NCBI GenBank assembly: GCA_002269645.1
Contig: NIVC01000740.1
Span: 186,001-250,000 of the forward strand
DNA length: 64,000 nucleotides
Reading direction: 5' to 3'
DNA from: Macrostomum lignano
Lineage: Eukaryota
Shown here: piece by piece, positions 28,853 to 39,910 of the stretch
How positions within the stretch are numbered: the stretch's first letter is position 1
Layout: the number at the start of each line of letters is the position of its first letter
Program-made: the position numbers and the translations under genes
The notes under the pieces: model-generated
What the model was told of the DNA's origin: nothing
Database searches by the model: none
The model's input: the letters and a program-made list of their open reading frames with translations, nothing else

Positions 28853-29085
28853 CGATGTACCCTTCCTCGACTCTGAATTGAACTTTAAAGTGCACAGTCG
28901 GTTGGAGTTTTCCTATGGCGAAACTCTGAAGCCTCTGACAAGTGACGAGAATTGCTTTTGTCAGCCAAAGTTGAGAATTCCCATTTGCCAGCAGTAGATA
29001 TGGTCTTGCCCATAGACAGGCAAAAAATGGCCGTCAATCAAATTGATAAATCTGATCTTTACTACATGGAAGTAGATGTTTACCG

Positions 29086-30368
29086 GTTCACTGGTCAGAT
29101 CGTCATATCGGATGACGAAGTGACCAAATATTTTGTTATGCTGGATACTTCGTCATCAACCAATCAGTAAAATGGGGGATGAAAATACCTTTAACGTAGA
29201 TATCAACCATGCACAAAAACTAAACCGGATCAATTTGTATCCTAACTTCGTCATTTCTTGAGAAAGAAATAGCCAAAAATAGACACCGAGTCTTTTAGAT
29301 ATTAAAAATTTGAAAAACATTTTTTTGCCATGAATTAAAGGATTTTCCACGCAACAGCTTTTATACGCACAACGCATATCTTTACAATGCCGGATAAACG
29401 TAGACCGCGAAAGTGCAAGAGACGATTGTCTGTTGCATGCTCAAAAATAGTGCGCAATGATGGTGAAGCCCTTTCGTGTGACGCCTGCAAGAAATTGCAA
29501 CGTCGCTGCTGCGGAACAGGTGTGTCGAAAAAAGACTACAATGCTAATAATGCAGGATAAATTCACGTGGATTTGCACTGAGTGCCGGATATCCGAAGCA
29601 AAATCGCCGCTATCGAATTCGCGATCAGGTGCTGCGTCCGCTCTGGCAGCTGTGCTCTCGCAGTCGCCTCCGCTGCCGCCGCCACCGACTTCGCTGCCGC
29701 CTGCGCCTCATCTGGAAGCAGCACTATCGCCGCCACCTGCGCCTCAGTTACTTAAGTATGCATTGCCACAACGGTTAGTAACGTCTATGGCTCAGACAGC
29801 TACCATTTTGGATGAGCCGTATTCCTTCCATCTAGAACCCGTCCGCCATCCTGCGGCTTTACTGGAAAATCCAATCGAGGGTCCTGAGCCGCAAACCGGT
29901 AATTTTCCTGCAGCTGGAATAACCAACGGAGTTTTTGATGAGGATCTGCCGGCAAAAGTCATATGAAGTTAAATGAATTCGTCTTTAAGGATTATTTAGC
30001 TTTCTATTAAAAAACCTTCCAATTGCAAAACTATCTAATAAAAATCCCAAAAAGCAAAGTCCACGGGGGGTGTGTGTGAGATTTGAGTTAGTGTAAACTA
30101 TTTTTTGTTTTTTTAACTATAAGCTGCGGCAAGCAGAACCGATCCATCGACAGGTTTTATCAATCGAGATGACAAAATGACTGGGATCATTAGGATTCCA
30201 AGTAAATATGTTTAATTGCCACATTAATTCACTTGGAAGTTGAAACTAACATGATTGGTGGATGACAAAATGACTCTCTTCAGGTAGTGCATGTTAATTA
30301 AGATGACGAAGTGACCCTAGTCGAGGTGAGCACCCCAGACACCTCAGATGAAGAAATGACTAGGAACC
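29086..30368 (+). mobile_element. Non-autonomous MULE-type element with degenerate PHD finger
   Basis: Right end ATGAAGAAATGACTAGGAACC matches the TIR of the 52853 element; direct repeat GTTTACCG at 29078-29085 and 30369-30376; internal GATGACGAAGTGACC repeats; frameshifted CSKIVR..LSCDACKKLQRRCCGTGVS..FTWICTEC at ~29440-29590. Confidence 0.7.
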
Positions 30369-30734
30369 GTTTACCGACTTAAATGAGCTAATAATTTAAT
30401 TTAATAAATTAATAATCGAGGAATCCTTTGTAGTCAAGTTGTTCCTCCTGAAATTCAGTCTGTCGCTCTTTTCATTTCCTTGCTTTTGGCAGTTGGTTAC
30501 TATACCGACAAACGCCTACATTCCGTTCCTAAAGGCGATGTAAAATTTAATCGATATTGAGTCTTGACTACGGGCTTCTGACTACAGCACAGACGCTAAA
30601 TGTTGCTTGTACCAGCAAGTTGGCTGGTTCGGAACCCCTCCCGAAGGGTCTTTGACGTGACCGCTATTTTTAAGATACTGAATGAAACTGAATGAAAAAC
30701 TTTGATGTCAACAAAGCAGGGCATGCAGCTGCCG

Positions 30735-31219
30735 TCACGTCCGCGAGTTCGGGCAGGGTTCGCACGAGTCGCACTCGGCCGAAATCGTGCGGTCCTTTTT
30801 GACCTCCAGCACTCGGCAGTAGCCTGAGCAGCAGTCCTTGCCGCTCCAGCACCTGGTGCCGCCTTCTGAGCACGACTTGCTGGATGAGCAGGCCGGCGCC
30901 ATCTCTAGCTTTGCAGTGAGGAAATTTTTGTATTTATATAGATACTTTATATAGAGTCTTTGGGGTTAATGGCCCTCCTGGGTGCGAATGGCTCAGTATA
31001 ACCCACCAGAGCCATGCAATACCTGTACTTGAAAAGAAGTCTCAATTGTCAGTTAATAAATGGCATTGCAAATGCATAAAACAGCTACTCACGCGTAACA
31101 AGAGTTATGATAATCAAAAAGTTGAACGTTTGTAATTTAGTGAAGAAGATGGAACTGTGTGCAAAGTGCAGTTGGGTTCGAAGATCGGTGGTACTGAGAC
31201 TACGGACACTTGGCTGCAT
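30735..31219 (-). CDS. Secreted knottin (ICK) peptide 1, two exons (31219-31093, 30904-30735)
   Basis: Exon 2: MAPACSSSKSCSEGGTRCWSGKDCCSGYCRVLEVKKDRTISAECDSCEPCPNSRT*. Exon 1 hydrophobic FNFLIIITLVT ends at C|GTGAGT (phase 1). Start codon and TAG acceptor are less certain. Confidence 0.7.
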
Positions 31220-31609
31220 GATGATGGAGATGGATGGAGAATGATAATTAATCAGGCTTAGTTCTGGCTCAACTGCTGCCATAGACGGTAAAGGCCTGAC
31301 ACAAATTGAAGAGACAAAGAGAGAAGGTTCTGTAGCTGCCGGCGGAGACTGTCCCGCCAAGGGCGGGTTTCTTGTCTATGGTAAAAAGTCAAACTTCTCT
31401 GTGGCACAGTCAACTGCAAGTGCCAGGGGTTCTCAATTCCTCTGCAAGACCTGGTCACTAAAATCTCAAGCTTATATGATGTACTTGCTGCTTGCTTGGA
31501 ATAGAACTGCCCTTTTTACGCAGTTATAGAATTTCTACTGGATACATGTAATTATTGGTCTGAAAGTTGGTAGCGGAAATGAAAGCTTAGCAATCTCTAC
31601 ACACGGATA

Positions 31610-31775
31610 TATTGCGGCAGAGATCAAAACTGGGTGAAAAGCACAGGCTGGGCTGGCGGCAGAGATCAAAGCGGGGCAGCAGGGCACAGGCCGAGTTGGC
31701 GGCAGAGATCAAAGCGGGGCAGCAGGGCACAGGCCGAGTTGGCAGCAGAGATCAGAGCGGAGCAGCAGGCACAGC
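31610..31775. repeat. ~43-bp repeat immediately 3' of the knottin 2 stop codon
   Basis: GGCGGCAGAGATCAAAGCGGGGCAGCAGGGCACAGGCCGAGTT, about 3.5 units. Confidence 0.8.
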
Positions 31776-31778
31776 AGC

Positions 31779-32103
31779 TCAGGTGCACTCTGCAGTGAAC
31801 GTCAAGTTCGGCCAGGCCTTGAGCACTCTGCAGTAGTGTGAGCAGCAGTCTTTGCCCGACCAGCAGCTCACTCCGTTGACCAGACATGGCTCTGTGGCGG
31901 GGCAGGCGACTGATGATCTCAAGTCTGCAACAAATTGATCGGGTAACGGACTGCTCTTTGTTCATTCTAGTCTTGGTTTTAATTAGGAAATAAAATCGTT
32001 ATTTATAGTTGATAGTAGTCGATAGACTGCCTGAAAACTCACAGATTAGCAGTAAATTGAAGAAAGCAAGCAGAAGTGACTTCACGGACTGGCGTATTTT
32101 CAT
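31779..32103 (-). CDS. Secreted knottin (ICK) peptide 2, two exons (32103-32043, 31924-31779), 68 aa
   Basis: Spliced MKIRQSVKSLLLAFFNLLLIYLRSSVA-CPATEPCLVNGVSCWSGKDCCSHYCRVLKAWPNLTFTAECT*; donor T|GTGAGT, acceptor TTGCAG|, phase 1; same Cys spacing as peptide 1. Confidence 0.85.
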
Positions 32104-32257
32104 GGCTGCGTGATCAAGTTGGCAAAACTGCAAACTGACTTCTTGTGGTGGTCGCTCAAGTGAAGGTGGGTGCCAAAGCGCACGGCACCGAGAAGTAAAT
32201 AAAAGTCCTTGTCTTGAAATTGTCTGTGGCTGAAAACCTGTTTCTTGTAAAAGAACA

Positions 32258-32683
32258 CGAAGCCTTCGGCATCTCCTACCCTGAGGTGGTCTCGAACGCG
32301 GCCCTCTACCGACGAGCCGGCCTGCGACCACCCAGCGAGACCATCCGGCGGCGGCGGCTGCAGCTGGCGGGCCACGTGATCCGCGCGGAAACCTACTGCC
32401 CTGAACCGGTGCAGGACGTCCTGCTGCTCACGCTGCGGGGCCCCTGGCGCCGAGGGCAGGCCAGGACGCGCCGGTACGTGGACTGCCTGCTGGCTGACGC
32501 CGGTGTCATCGGCCAGACCAACGCTGCGGCTGCCTTCAGGGAGCAAGCCAGAAGGAGAGTGCTCTGACACTGCCGCCACGCTCTCACATTTCCGTTTCTT
32601 TCCCCCCCTTTTTTGCTCTTCCGTCCCGTGCTGCCCCCTTTTCCTTTTGCTTTCTTTTGCGGCGGTGTACATGTATGTATGTA
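32258..32683 (+). mobile_element. 5'-truncated RTE-type LINE 3' end
   Basis: VSNAALYRRAGLRPPSETIRRRRLQLAGHVIR is typical of the RTE ORF C-terminus; (ATGT)n tail; TSD TGTAAAAGAACA at 32246-32257 and 32684-32695. Confidence 0.8.
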
Positions 32684-32800
32684 TGTAAAAGAACAAGACT
32701 CTGCTTTTACAAATCAAAGAGACCATTCTAAATCAGAATTTATTGCAAAAATTTTATATACCGGTATTTAAAGCAGAAATTTTCAGTGGAAAGAAACCAT

Positions 32801-33900
32801 ATGTCTGGCTGGCTTATGTTACTCCTGCTGGGCCTCTCCGTCAGCAGCCAACTGATTACATGTGAGTCAGGGAGTTTTCAATATCAGCGTTGCGCGCCAT
32901 CATTGTGTTATGAACTTTCATGTTCTGAATTCGTGTTCTGAATTCGTGTTCTGAATTCGTGTTCTGAATTCGTGTTCTGAATTCGTGTTCTGAATTCGTG
33001 TTCTGAATTTATGTTCTGAATTCGTGTTCTGAATTCGTGTTCTGAATTCGTGTTCTGAATTCGTGTTCTGAATTCGTGTTCTGAATTTGTGTTCTGAATT
33101 CGTGTTCTGAATTCGTGTTCTGAATTCGTCTTCTGAATTCGTGTTCTGAATTCGTGTTCTGAATTCGTGTTCTGAATTCGTGTTCTGAATTCGTGTTCTG
33201 AATTCGTGTTCTGAATTCGTGTTCTGAATTCGTGTTCTGAATTCGTGTTCTGAATTCGTGTTCTGAATTCGTGTTCTGAATTCGTGTTCTGAATTCGTGT
33301 TCTGAATTCGTGTTCTGAATTAGTGTTCTGAATTCGTGTTCTGAATTCGTGTTCTGAATTCGTGTTCTGAATTCGTGTTCTGAATTCGTGTTCTGAATTC
33401 GTGTTCTGAATTCGTGTTCTGAATTCGTGTTCTGAATTCGTGTTCTGAATTCGTGTTCTGAATTCGTGTTCTGAATTCGTGTTCTGAATTCGTGTTCTGA
33501 ATTCGTGTTCTGAATTCGTGTTCTGAATTCGTGTTCTGAATTCGTGTTCTGAATTCGTGTTCTGAATTCGTGTTCTGAATTCGTGTTCTGAATTCGTGTT
33601 CTGAATTCGTGTTCTGAATTCGTGTTCTGAATTCGTGTTCTGAATTCGTGTTCTGAATTAGTGTTCTGAATTAGTGTTCTGAATTCGTGTTCTGAATTAG
33701 TGTTCTGAATTCGTGTTCTGAATTAGTGTTCTGAATTCGTGTTCACGAAGCTTCTTTCCTCCAATCCAGCAGCGCAGGCCTGCAAGTGCGCCAGGGACCA
33801 CCGCGGCTGCACCCTGAGTCTGCGCGTCCTGCTGATGAAGCTGAGCTGGCACCAGGCTCCCGCGGCCTCATCGCTTGGGGGGAAGAAACCGCATCACTAG
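32801..33900 (+). CDS. Small secreted peptide, two exons (32801-32861, 33770-33900), 63 aa
   Basis: Spliced MSGWLMLLLLGLSVSSQLITSAQA-CKCARDHRGCTLSLRVLLMKLSWHQAPAASSLGGKKPHH*; donor T|GTGAGT, acceptor TCCAG|, phase 1, GC3-rich exon 2. Confidence 0.6.
32925..33745. repeat. 13-bp minisatellite (~63 units) filling the intron of the small secreted peptide gene
   Basis: TTCGTGTTCTGAA units containing GAATTC. Confidence 0.97.
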
Positions 33901-35509
33901 TGCATGTATTGTAATAAGTTCACTGTTTTATACTCTGTTCATTTTAAATACACAAGTTGCCGCAACAAATCAGTACATTTTAGTACAGTAATAATGTACT
34001 GATATGTCGGCAACTTATTGACAAACTCGGCAAATAAAACTTTGTTTAAAAAATTCGTTGCCCACCTCCGCTTGACTAAATTCCTACATGTACATTATTT
34101 TGAGAATTGGTGTTGCCAGTGCCCATTTTATTGCCGCAGGCACTCATTAAATTTAATTTGAATTTCTGAAAACCTTTCTGCCTTTCTGCAGAGGATAAAC
34201 TATTTTATCCAATGACAATGACTCAAGAAGATTGAGAAAATTCATTAAAGACATAAACAAGCCCCTCTGAACTGCCCTGAGGCTCGATTTAAATAAATGA
34301 GACAGAAGGCGGTGGTTCTTTGTTACAAATATTTTGTATTAATACTTTTGTATTATTTTTGTATTAATACTTTTAATTGTATTTTGTATTAATACTAATA
34401 TTTGTAATACTAATTTGTAATACTAATATTTGTATTAATACTAATTGTATTGTACTTTGTATTAATACTTTTGTATTAATACTTTGTATTAATATTTTTA
34501 AGAACGAGATAATAATGGGCCAAAGGACTGCAACCGTTTGATTGCGGGTGCTTTCTATTTATAGCTTTTTGATGACGATGGGACATTCCGGAAGAAAAAT
34601 GTTCTAGAAAGAGTAGCGCGGGAATTCGAGTTACTATATTTAGAATTATATTTATCGTAGAAATTTCTAGAATGAAATGTTTACTACATGGTCAGAAAGT
34701 TTGCGAAGGTTCAGTACAAGGTCATTACGGCTTCATTTTGGTACGAGTGTACCGATAATATGATCTGCTTTACGTCGAGAAACTTAATTATTTAATAATT
34801 GATGATTAAAGTGTAATAGCAATTTAAATTAAAAGTTTAAATTAAAATAAATTTTAAGAAATTAAGATTTTAAAACTAGGATTTTTCATCAAAAGAATAA
34901 GTTAATAACAGTAATAGAATAGCAACAAACACTAATTATTTTTTGTAATTTTTTCCTTCATTGTACTATAGCCTTAAATAACATTTTTAAATATGAAAAT
35001 CAGCACCCTCTGCGCAAATTTTTAATAACAATATTTGTTGTTAATATGTACGCTCGTAAGTACGGTTGAATTTTTAAAAGAGCGCTTCGAATCACTTCGT
35101 ACTGACCTGCTTGAGGAAATTTTCCAGGCTGAACAAATTCGATTTTTGCAGTGTCCACAGCGTTTGTTCATGCACACTATGCGGCTTGCGGCAACGATCC
35201 ATTTTGTGACCAGCATCAGGTGCGATGCAGAGTTGATCCTGCCTGGCATTTGGACGGCAGTCTCGAATTCGAAGCCATTTCGAGTTTCCCTTCTTGGCCA
35301 CCAACAGCCAGGACTCCTGGCACTCATGCAGACCAGCGGGCCCGATGTCCTTTTTCAGTGTATAGTGCACCTGATCCTCCGATTCACAGCAGTTGTCGCA
35401 GCCGAGACGCCAGCAATTGCCTTGCTCGATCATCGATGTTGGAAACCTGGCCTGCGATTGAAAAGTTTTTTCATAATGACCAGAGGTTTTGGTATAGACT
35501 GTTAGACCA

Positions 35510-36095
35510 TAGACTATAGACTATTCAGTGAAGACCATAGACTATATAGAGACTATTCAGTAAAGACCATAGACTATAGAGACTATTCAGTGAAGACCAT
35601 AGACTATAGAGACTATTCAGTGAAGACCATAGACTATAGAGACTACTCAGTGAAGACCATAGACTATAGAGACTATTCAGTGAAGACCATAGACTATAGA
35701 GACTATTCAGTGAAGACCATAGACTATAGAGACTATTCAGTGAAGACCATAGACTATATAGAGACTACTCAGTGAAGACCATAGACTATAGAGACTATTC
35801 AGTGAAGACCATAGACTATAGAGACTATTCAGTGAAGACCATAGACTATAGAGACTATTCAGTGAAGACCATAGACTATAGAGACTATTCAGTGAAGACC
35901 ATAGACTATAGAGACTATTCAGTGAAGACCATAGACTATATAGAGACTATTCAGTGAAGACCATAGACTATAGAGACTATTCAGTGAAGACCATAGACTA
36001 TAGAGACTATTCAGTGAAGACCATAGACTATAGAGACTATTCAGTGAAGACCATAGACTATATAGAGACTATTCAGTGAAGACCATAGACTAAGA
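35510..36095. repeat. 30-bp minisatellite
   Basis: GTGAAGACCATAGACTATAGAGACTATTCA units. Confidence 0.97.
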
Positions 36096-36402
36096 CCGTG
36101 TTAAGTCAATGTCAATCAGACTCCAGAAAAAATATACCAATATCTCGCATTCTGGACTTCTGTATTGAAAACAAAGCAATTCTGCTTTTTTCGAAATTGA
36201 TGCACAAGTTTCTTACGCTAAAGCTGTCAGTCCAGTCAGGTATCATAAATTCTACCAGAGACAAACCGACTAGTTTGAGCAAAGTGAGCGAAGTTCTGGC
36301 GATCCCACTATTTTCGTGCGTTCTATATACGACCTAAGTTAAGTTGCTGTCCATGCTTTACGAGTGTAAGTACATGTAGTTTGATGCATTTAGCCACGAT
36401 TT

Positions 36403-37851
36403 TTAAACGGCTGTTGAATATAATTTACAATTTACGAGAAAACTCACAGTTTTATCATTTTCTGGCTTAAGATATTCCTTGATCCAATTTTTGTCCAGTT
36501 GATCCAGACCGGCTGCTCCAGATGCTTCCTCAATTTGTCTTCTTTTGTGCTGGGACACAAAACGTAAGCTCGGTAGCCGCTCAGCTGCCTCCTTCATCCG
36601 GCGAATGCCCTCGGCGGGATCTTGGCCGCTGACCAGGAGAAAGCGGCCGAACTCGAACCGGACGTGAAGCCTCGTCTTGTTGCTGTCTGCAGCAGCCTGC
36701 TCTTCGAGGGCTTCGTATCTCTCACGAAGTTCGACCTTGTCGACAGCTTCTTCATTCTCATTCAGACCCAGCAGCCTCAGCTGGGCCCAGGTGTTTGTTA
36801 GATCGACTTTTTGCAGCAAGTATCTGGCTTTCTGGATTCTGTCCTCGCCAGCATCTTTTGTTTTGATGAAGTACAGAGCGCACTGGAAAGCGAAATCGCT
36901 CTTCAGGAACTCGCTATCTGACAGAGTCTCGCCAGTCTTCAAAACCTTCAGCTCCTTGTTCTTGAGCCTTTTCTTGAGAATTTGGTCCTGGTCTCCTTGG
37001 ATTGGCACTTTCTTCCACTGCACCATTTTTGTCAGTCCGCGATAGACTTTGCAGCAGGTGATGTATACCTGGAGGTGCTCGCCTGCAAACTGAACCGCCT
37101 CATCTGCCAGCTGCTCAGACTTGTTGAAATGAACAGCGGAGTACGCGAGGGCCTCAGCGAACCGAGCCAGAAACATCGGGTGCTGGACTTTACATTTGTC
37201 CAGAATCCTCTTAGCCTCATCCCACAGCTCCACTCTTTCCTCTCCAATCTCAGCACTGAGGTCCGCCTGACGCCTCTGCATGGCCATCGCCTCTGCCAGA
37301 CCGAAGCGCCAGTGGAAGCTCTGGACCGACTGCTCCAGATGGTGCTCCACCTCCAGCTTCAGGGCCTCCCGGAACGCCTTCGCGGCCTCCTCCAGCTGCT
37401 GCCTCCCGAAGCTGAGCAGAGTCCAGCCTTTGGCGCCCCAGACTGAGGCCCGGACCTGCGGCTTCTGCCACTCATCAGAGAGCTTCTGAAGCATCATCTG
37501 CTCTTGCTGCTCATCTGGGTGGAATTTGTTCATCAGGTGCAGCTCCGTGGCCTCGATCAGGAAGGCCACATCCATGGTTAAAGGTGAATTAGCATTCAAA
37601 TCCAGCTTTGCTTCGTTAAGGTACTTCAGACACCGTGCTTCATCACCAGGTTGCTCCAGCATGTGCACGTAGACCAGACTCAGCAGGTGCAGCCCCTTTA
37701 GTCCGAGCTGGGTGTCCATCCTGCCTTGCAAGCTGCTGACGAGTCTGTCGATGCTCTCTGGGCTCTCGGCAAGTTTCGGCCTCCACTGGAAGTGACACGG
37801 AACCTCGCCCAGGCTCTTGAAAGACTCCGCTGGATTGTTGAGTTCCGCCAT
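36403..37851 (-). CDS. IFIT-like TPR protein (~482 aa from the Kozak ATG at 37851)
   Basis: CHFQW resembles IFIT CHFTW; GLHLLSLVYVH resembles HNLLAYVKH; GAKGWTLLSFGRQQLEEAAKAFREALKLE resembles [28 protein letters not shown]. One large coding exon behind acceptor TTTGTAG| at 37952; GCCATGG start; possible extra donor near 36447. Confidence 0.7.
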   Translation of the reverse strand: MAELNNPAESFKSLGEVPCHFQWRPKLAESPESIDRLVSSLQGRMDTQLGLKGLHLLSLVYVHMLEQPGDEARCLKYLNEAKLDLNANSPLTMDVAFLIEATELHLMNKFHPDEQQEQMMLQKLSDEWQKPQVRASVWGAKGWTLLSFGRQQLEEAAKAFREALKLEVEHHLEQSVQSFHWRFGLAEAMAMQRRQADLSAEIGEERVELWDEAKRILDKCKVQHPMFLARFAEALAYSAVHFNKSEQLADEAVQFAGEHLQVYITCCKVYRGLTKMVQWKKVPIQGDQDQILKKRLKNKELKVLKTGETLSDSEFLKSDFAFQCALYFIKTKDAGEDRIQKARYLLQKVDLTNTWAQLRLLGLNENEEAVDKVELRERYEALEEQAAADSNKTRLHVRFEFGRFLLVSGQDPAEGIRRMKEAAERLPSLRFVSQHKRRQIEEASGAAGLDQLDKNWIKEYLKPENDKTVSFLVNCKLYSTAV

Positions 37852-39599
37852 GGCGAGAACTGACTGTCTGAATGAACGGGGGGAGGGGGTAGGGTTGGGA
37901 TCAGCTCTCAGGCAGCTGTCAGACCAGAGAGTCGGACTGACATCAGTGGCTCTACAAATGAAAAAAACCGTTAGACCAAGCAAGGAGAACAATTAGTTTT
38001 ACAAAATTACGAGTAGTAATGTTGGGTTACTTCCTTAGTACTTAAGCAGTAACCCTGTTGTTATATATAAATGTTGTCTGTTGTCTCTTTCGATTGAAGC
38101 TAAAATAAACCTTGATGATGTCCGCTTTGGACGAAAAGCTTTGGCACGAGCTAATTGCACAACATTTTTCCTAGCTGCTGGTTCTATTTTTGAATCTGAC
38201 GCTGATCTCAGAAAAATAATAATGGAGGTTACTAAAAAAAGTCACGTACCGGAGCAGCAGTTGACAGATTTGACCCAATGGCTCACAAGGTACAGCCTAC
38301 CTGATCGATATTTTAGTTCCATATTTCTGCTTTAAATAGCTATCCAAATATATACCATATGGTTGAACCTGTTATGAGGGATTTTTAGTGAAGAAAACTA
38401 GCAATCAGCGCCCCCTGTTGGGGAGCCAACATGGTATGGAATAAAAATTATTGAACAAACTACATTTAGCTTCTGACTACTCCTCAGCCTTGATATCTCA
38501 GCAATTCCCCCGACCAGCCTTGACATTACAGCAATTCTCCCCAAGGGTCGCAGCATTAGCAACCTCCCCATGGCTTGACATCTTAGCAATTGATCCCCAA
38601 TGAACCTTTTGTGTTTGACATAGCTCTTCTTTTACGTTAGACATGACAAAAAGTTTTCGTTTCACTGGGGAAGGTGCAAAGTATGAAGTTAGTGCGTTTC
38701 GAGAGAGGTTGGCCCCCTGTTCCACATTTCTGTGGGACCAACAAATTTAAAGTTAAGAGACGCAGCTTTATGAGCTTCAATGACAACTCTCACAGCAGTC
38801 ATATTCATATCACAGGAGCACCCACGGGTTCGCTTGTAAATTTGCAGCTACTGTTCGAAAATGAAAAGAGCAAATTGGCGAGATCACTTACCGAAATATA
38901 GATGCTGAGAATGGCTTAGCGACTTTGTAGCACGGCTGGTTTATGTGAGTTGGTTTTGCTGGCCATTAGTTTCAATTAGTTTCAGATATAATATACAGTG
39001 TATACCATGCAGTCATACATGTACATGTACAATAGTTGGAATGGCAGACCCCCTACGCACTTGAAATCTAATTGGGGTGGGCGAGAATTTCAGATACAAA
39101 TACCAGCATATTCTGTTCGCAACTGCACGCTCTGGCTGTGATCGGTACAGTACGGAGCTAAGAGGAAGTTTGGGGAAATTGAGGGGGAACTTCATTGTTT
39201 CTCAATCCTCGTCTCCCTCCTTACGTACATGCGTGACGGAGTCATATCACGGGTCTTGGGTGATTGCGAGCTAAATTCAACTGGCTCTCTCGAGGGCCCG
39301 ATCACAATCTTGTTCAGTTACCACATAGTAAGTCTATACAAAAGAATCCACATTGACTGTACGTGTGGTAGCCCAGCATTAATGTTGATCGATAATTTCC
39401 GCCTTGTCCTAATGGCAACGCCAAGCAACGGACGCTGACGAGCTCGCTCGAACAACAGCAAGTTGAGATGCCTTCAAGTTTGAGTTAGCAACGCCGCGCC
39501 GTGCTACCCACACTCAGTGCAGGTGTTCATGCTTTACCGGCGGTGACAGGTGCGCACTGTGTTTCGTCGACTGCCTGCTGGCTCGTGCTGTCACCCGAA

Positions 39600-39910
39600 T
39601 TTGGTAGGCGGCAGGAATGGCCTTTGTTTTCGCGCTATAACGCTGCTTTTTTTAGGCTGTAGGCATTCTGGCTCGCGCTCAACGCTTTCGGGGCGAAATC
39701 GTCTCAAAAAAACCAGCAGTTTTGCCCATTTCGCAGACTCCAGGGCACATGCATGCGCAAGCGCGCCAACACTGTATGCTTGGGGGTTGACAAACCCCCT
39801 GTGACCAATTTTCCTGCACACAAGCCCCAAATGAGCGAGGCCACACAAGGAATCGAACCCGGGTTCTTGGCGGGAGAGTCGGACTCGGTTCACCACTGAG
39901 CTGATCCGCC
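39600..39910 (-). mobile_element. tRNA-derived SINE (3' boundary uncertain)
   Basis: Head GGCGGATCAGCTCAGTGGTGAA (A box) ... GGGTTCGATTCC (B box), then a non-tRNA body; no good cloverleaf. Confidence 0.55.

Noticed and set aside
33815-33850. TGC TGA TGA AGC TGA in an alternate frame as possible selenocysteines completing a knot
   Set aside because: Requires a frameshift, spacing does not fit the knottin frame, and no SECIS is evident.
35022-35519. Cluster of overlapping 100-150 aa ORFs
   Set aside because: No recognisable motif or splice context; perhaps a degraded transposon.
38652-38666. ISRE-like AGTTTTCGTTTCACT upstream of the IFIT-like ORF
   Set aside because: Spacing differs from GAAANNGAAA, the transcription start is unknown, and such motifs are common in AT-rich DNA.
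39839-39910. Possible tRNA gene
   Set aside because: A and B boxes are present but I could not build a proper cloverleaf; treated as a SINE head.
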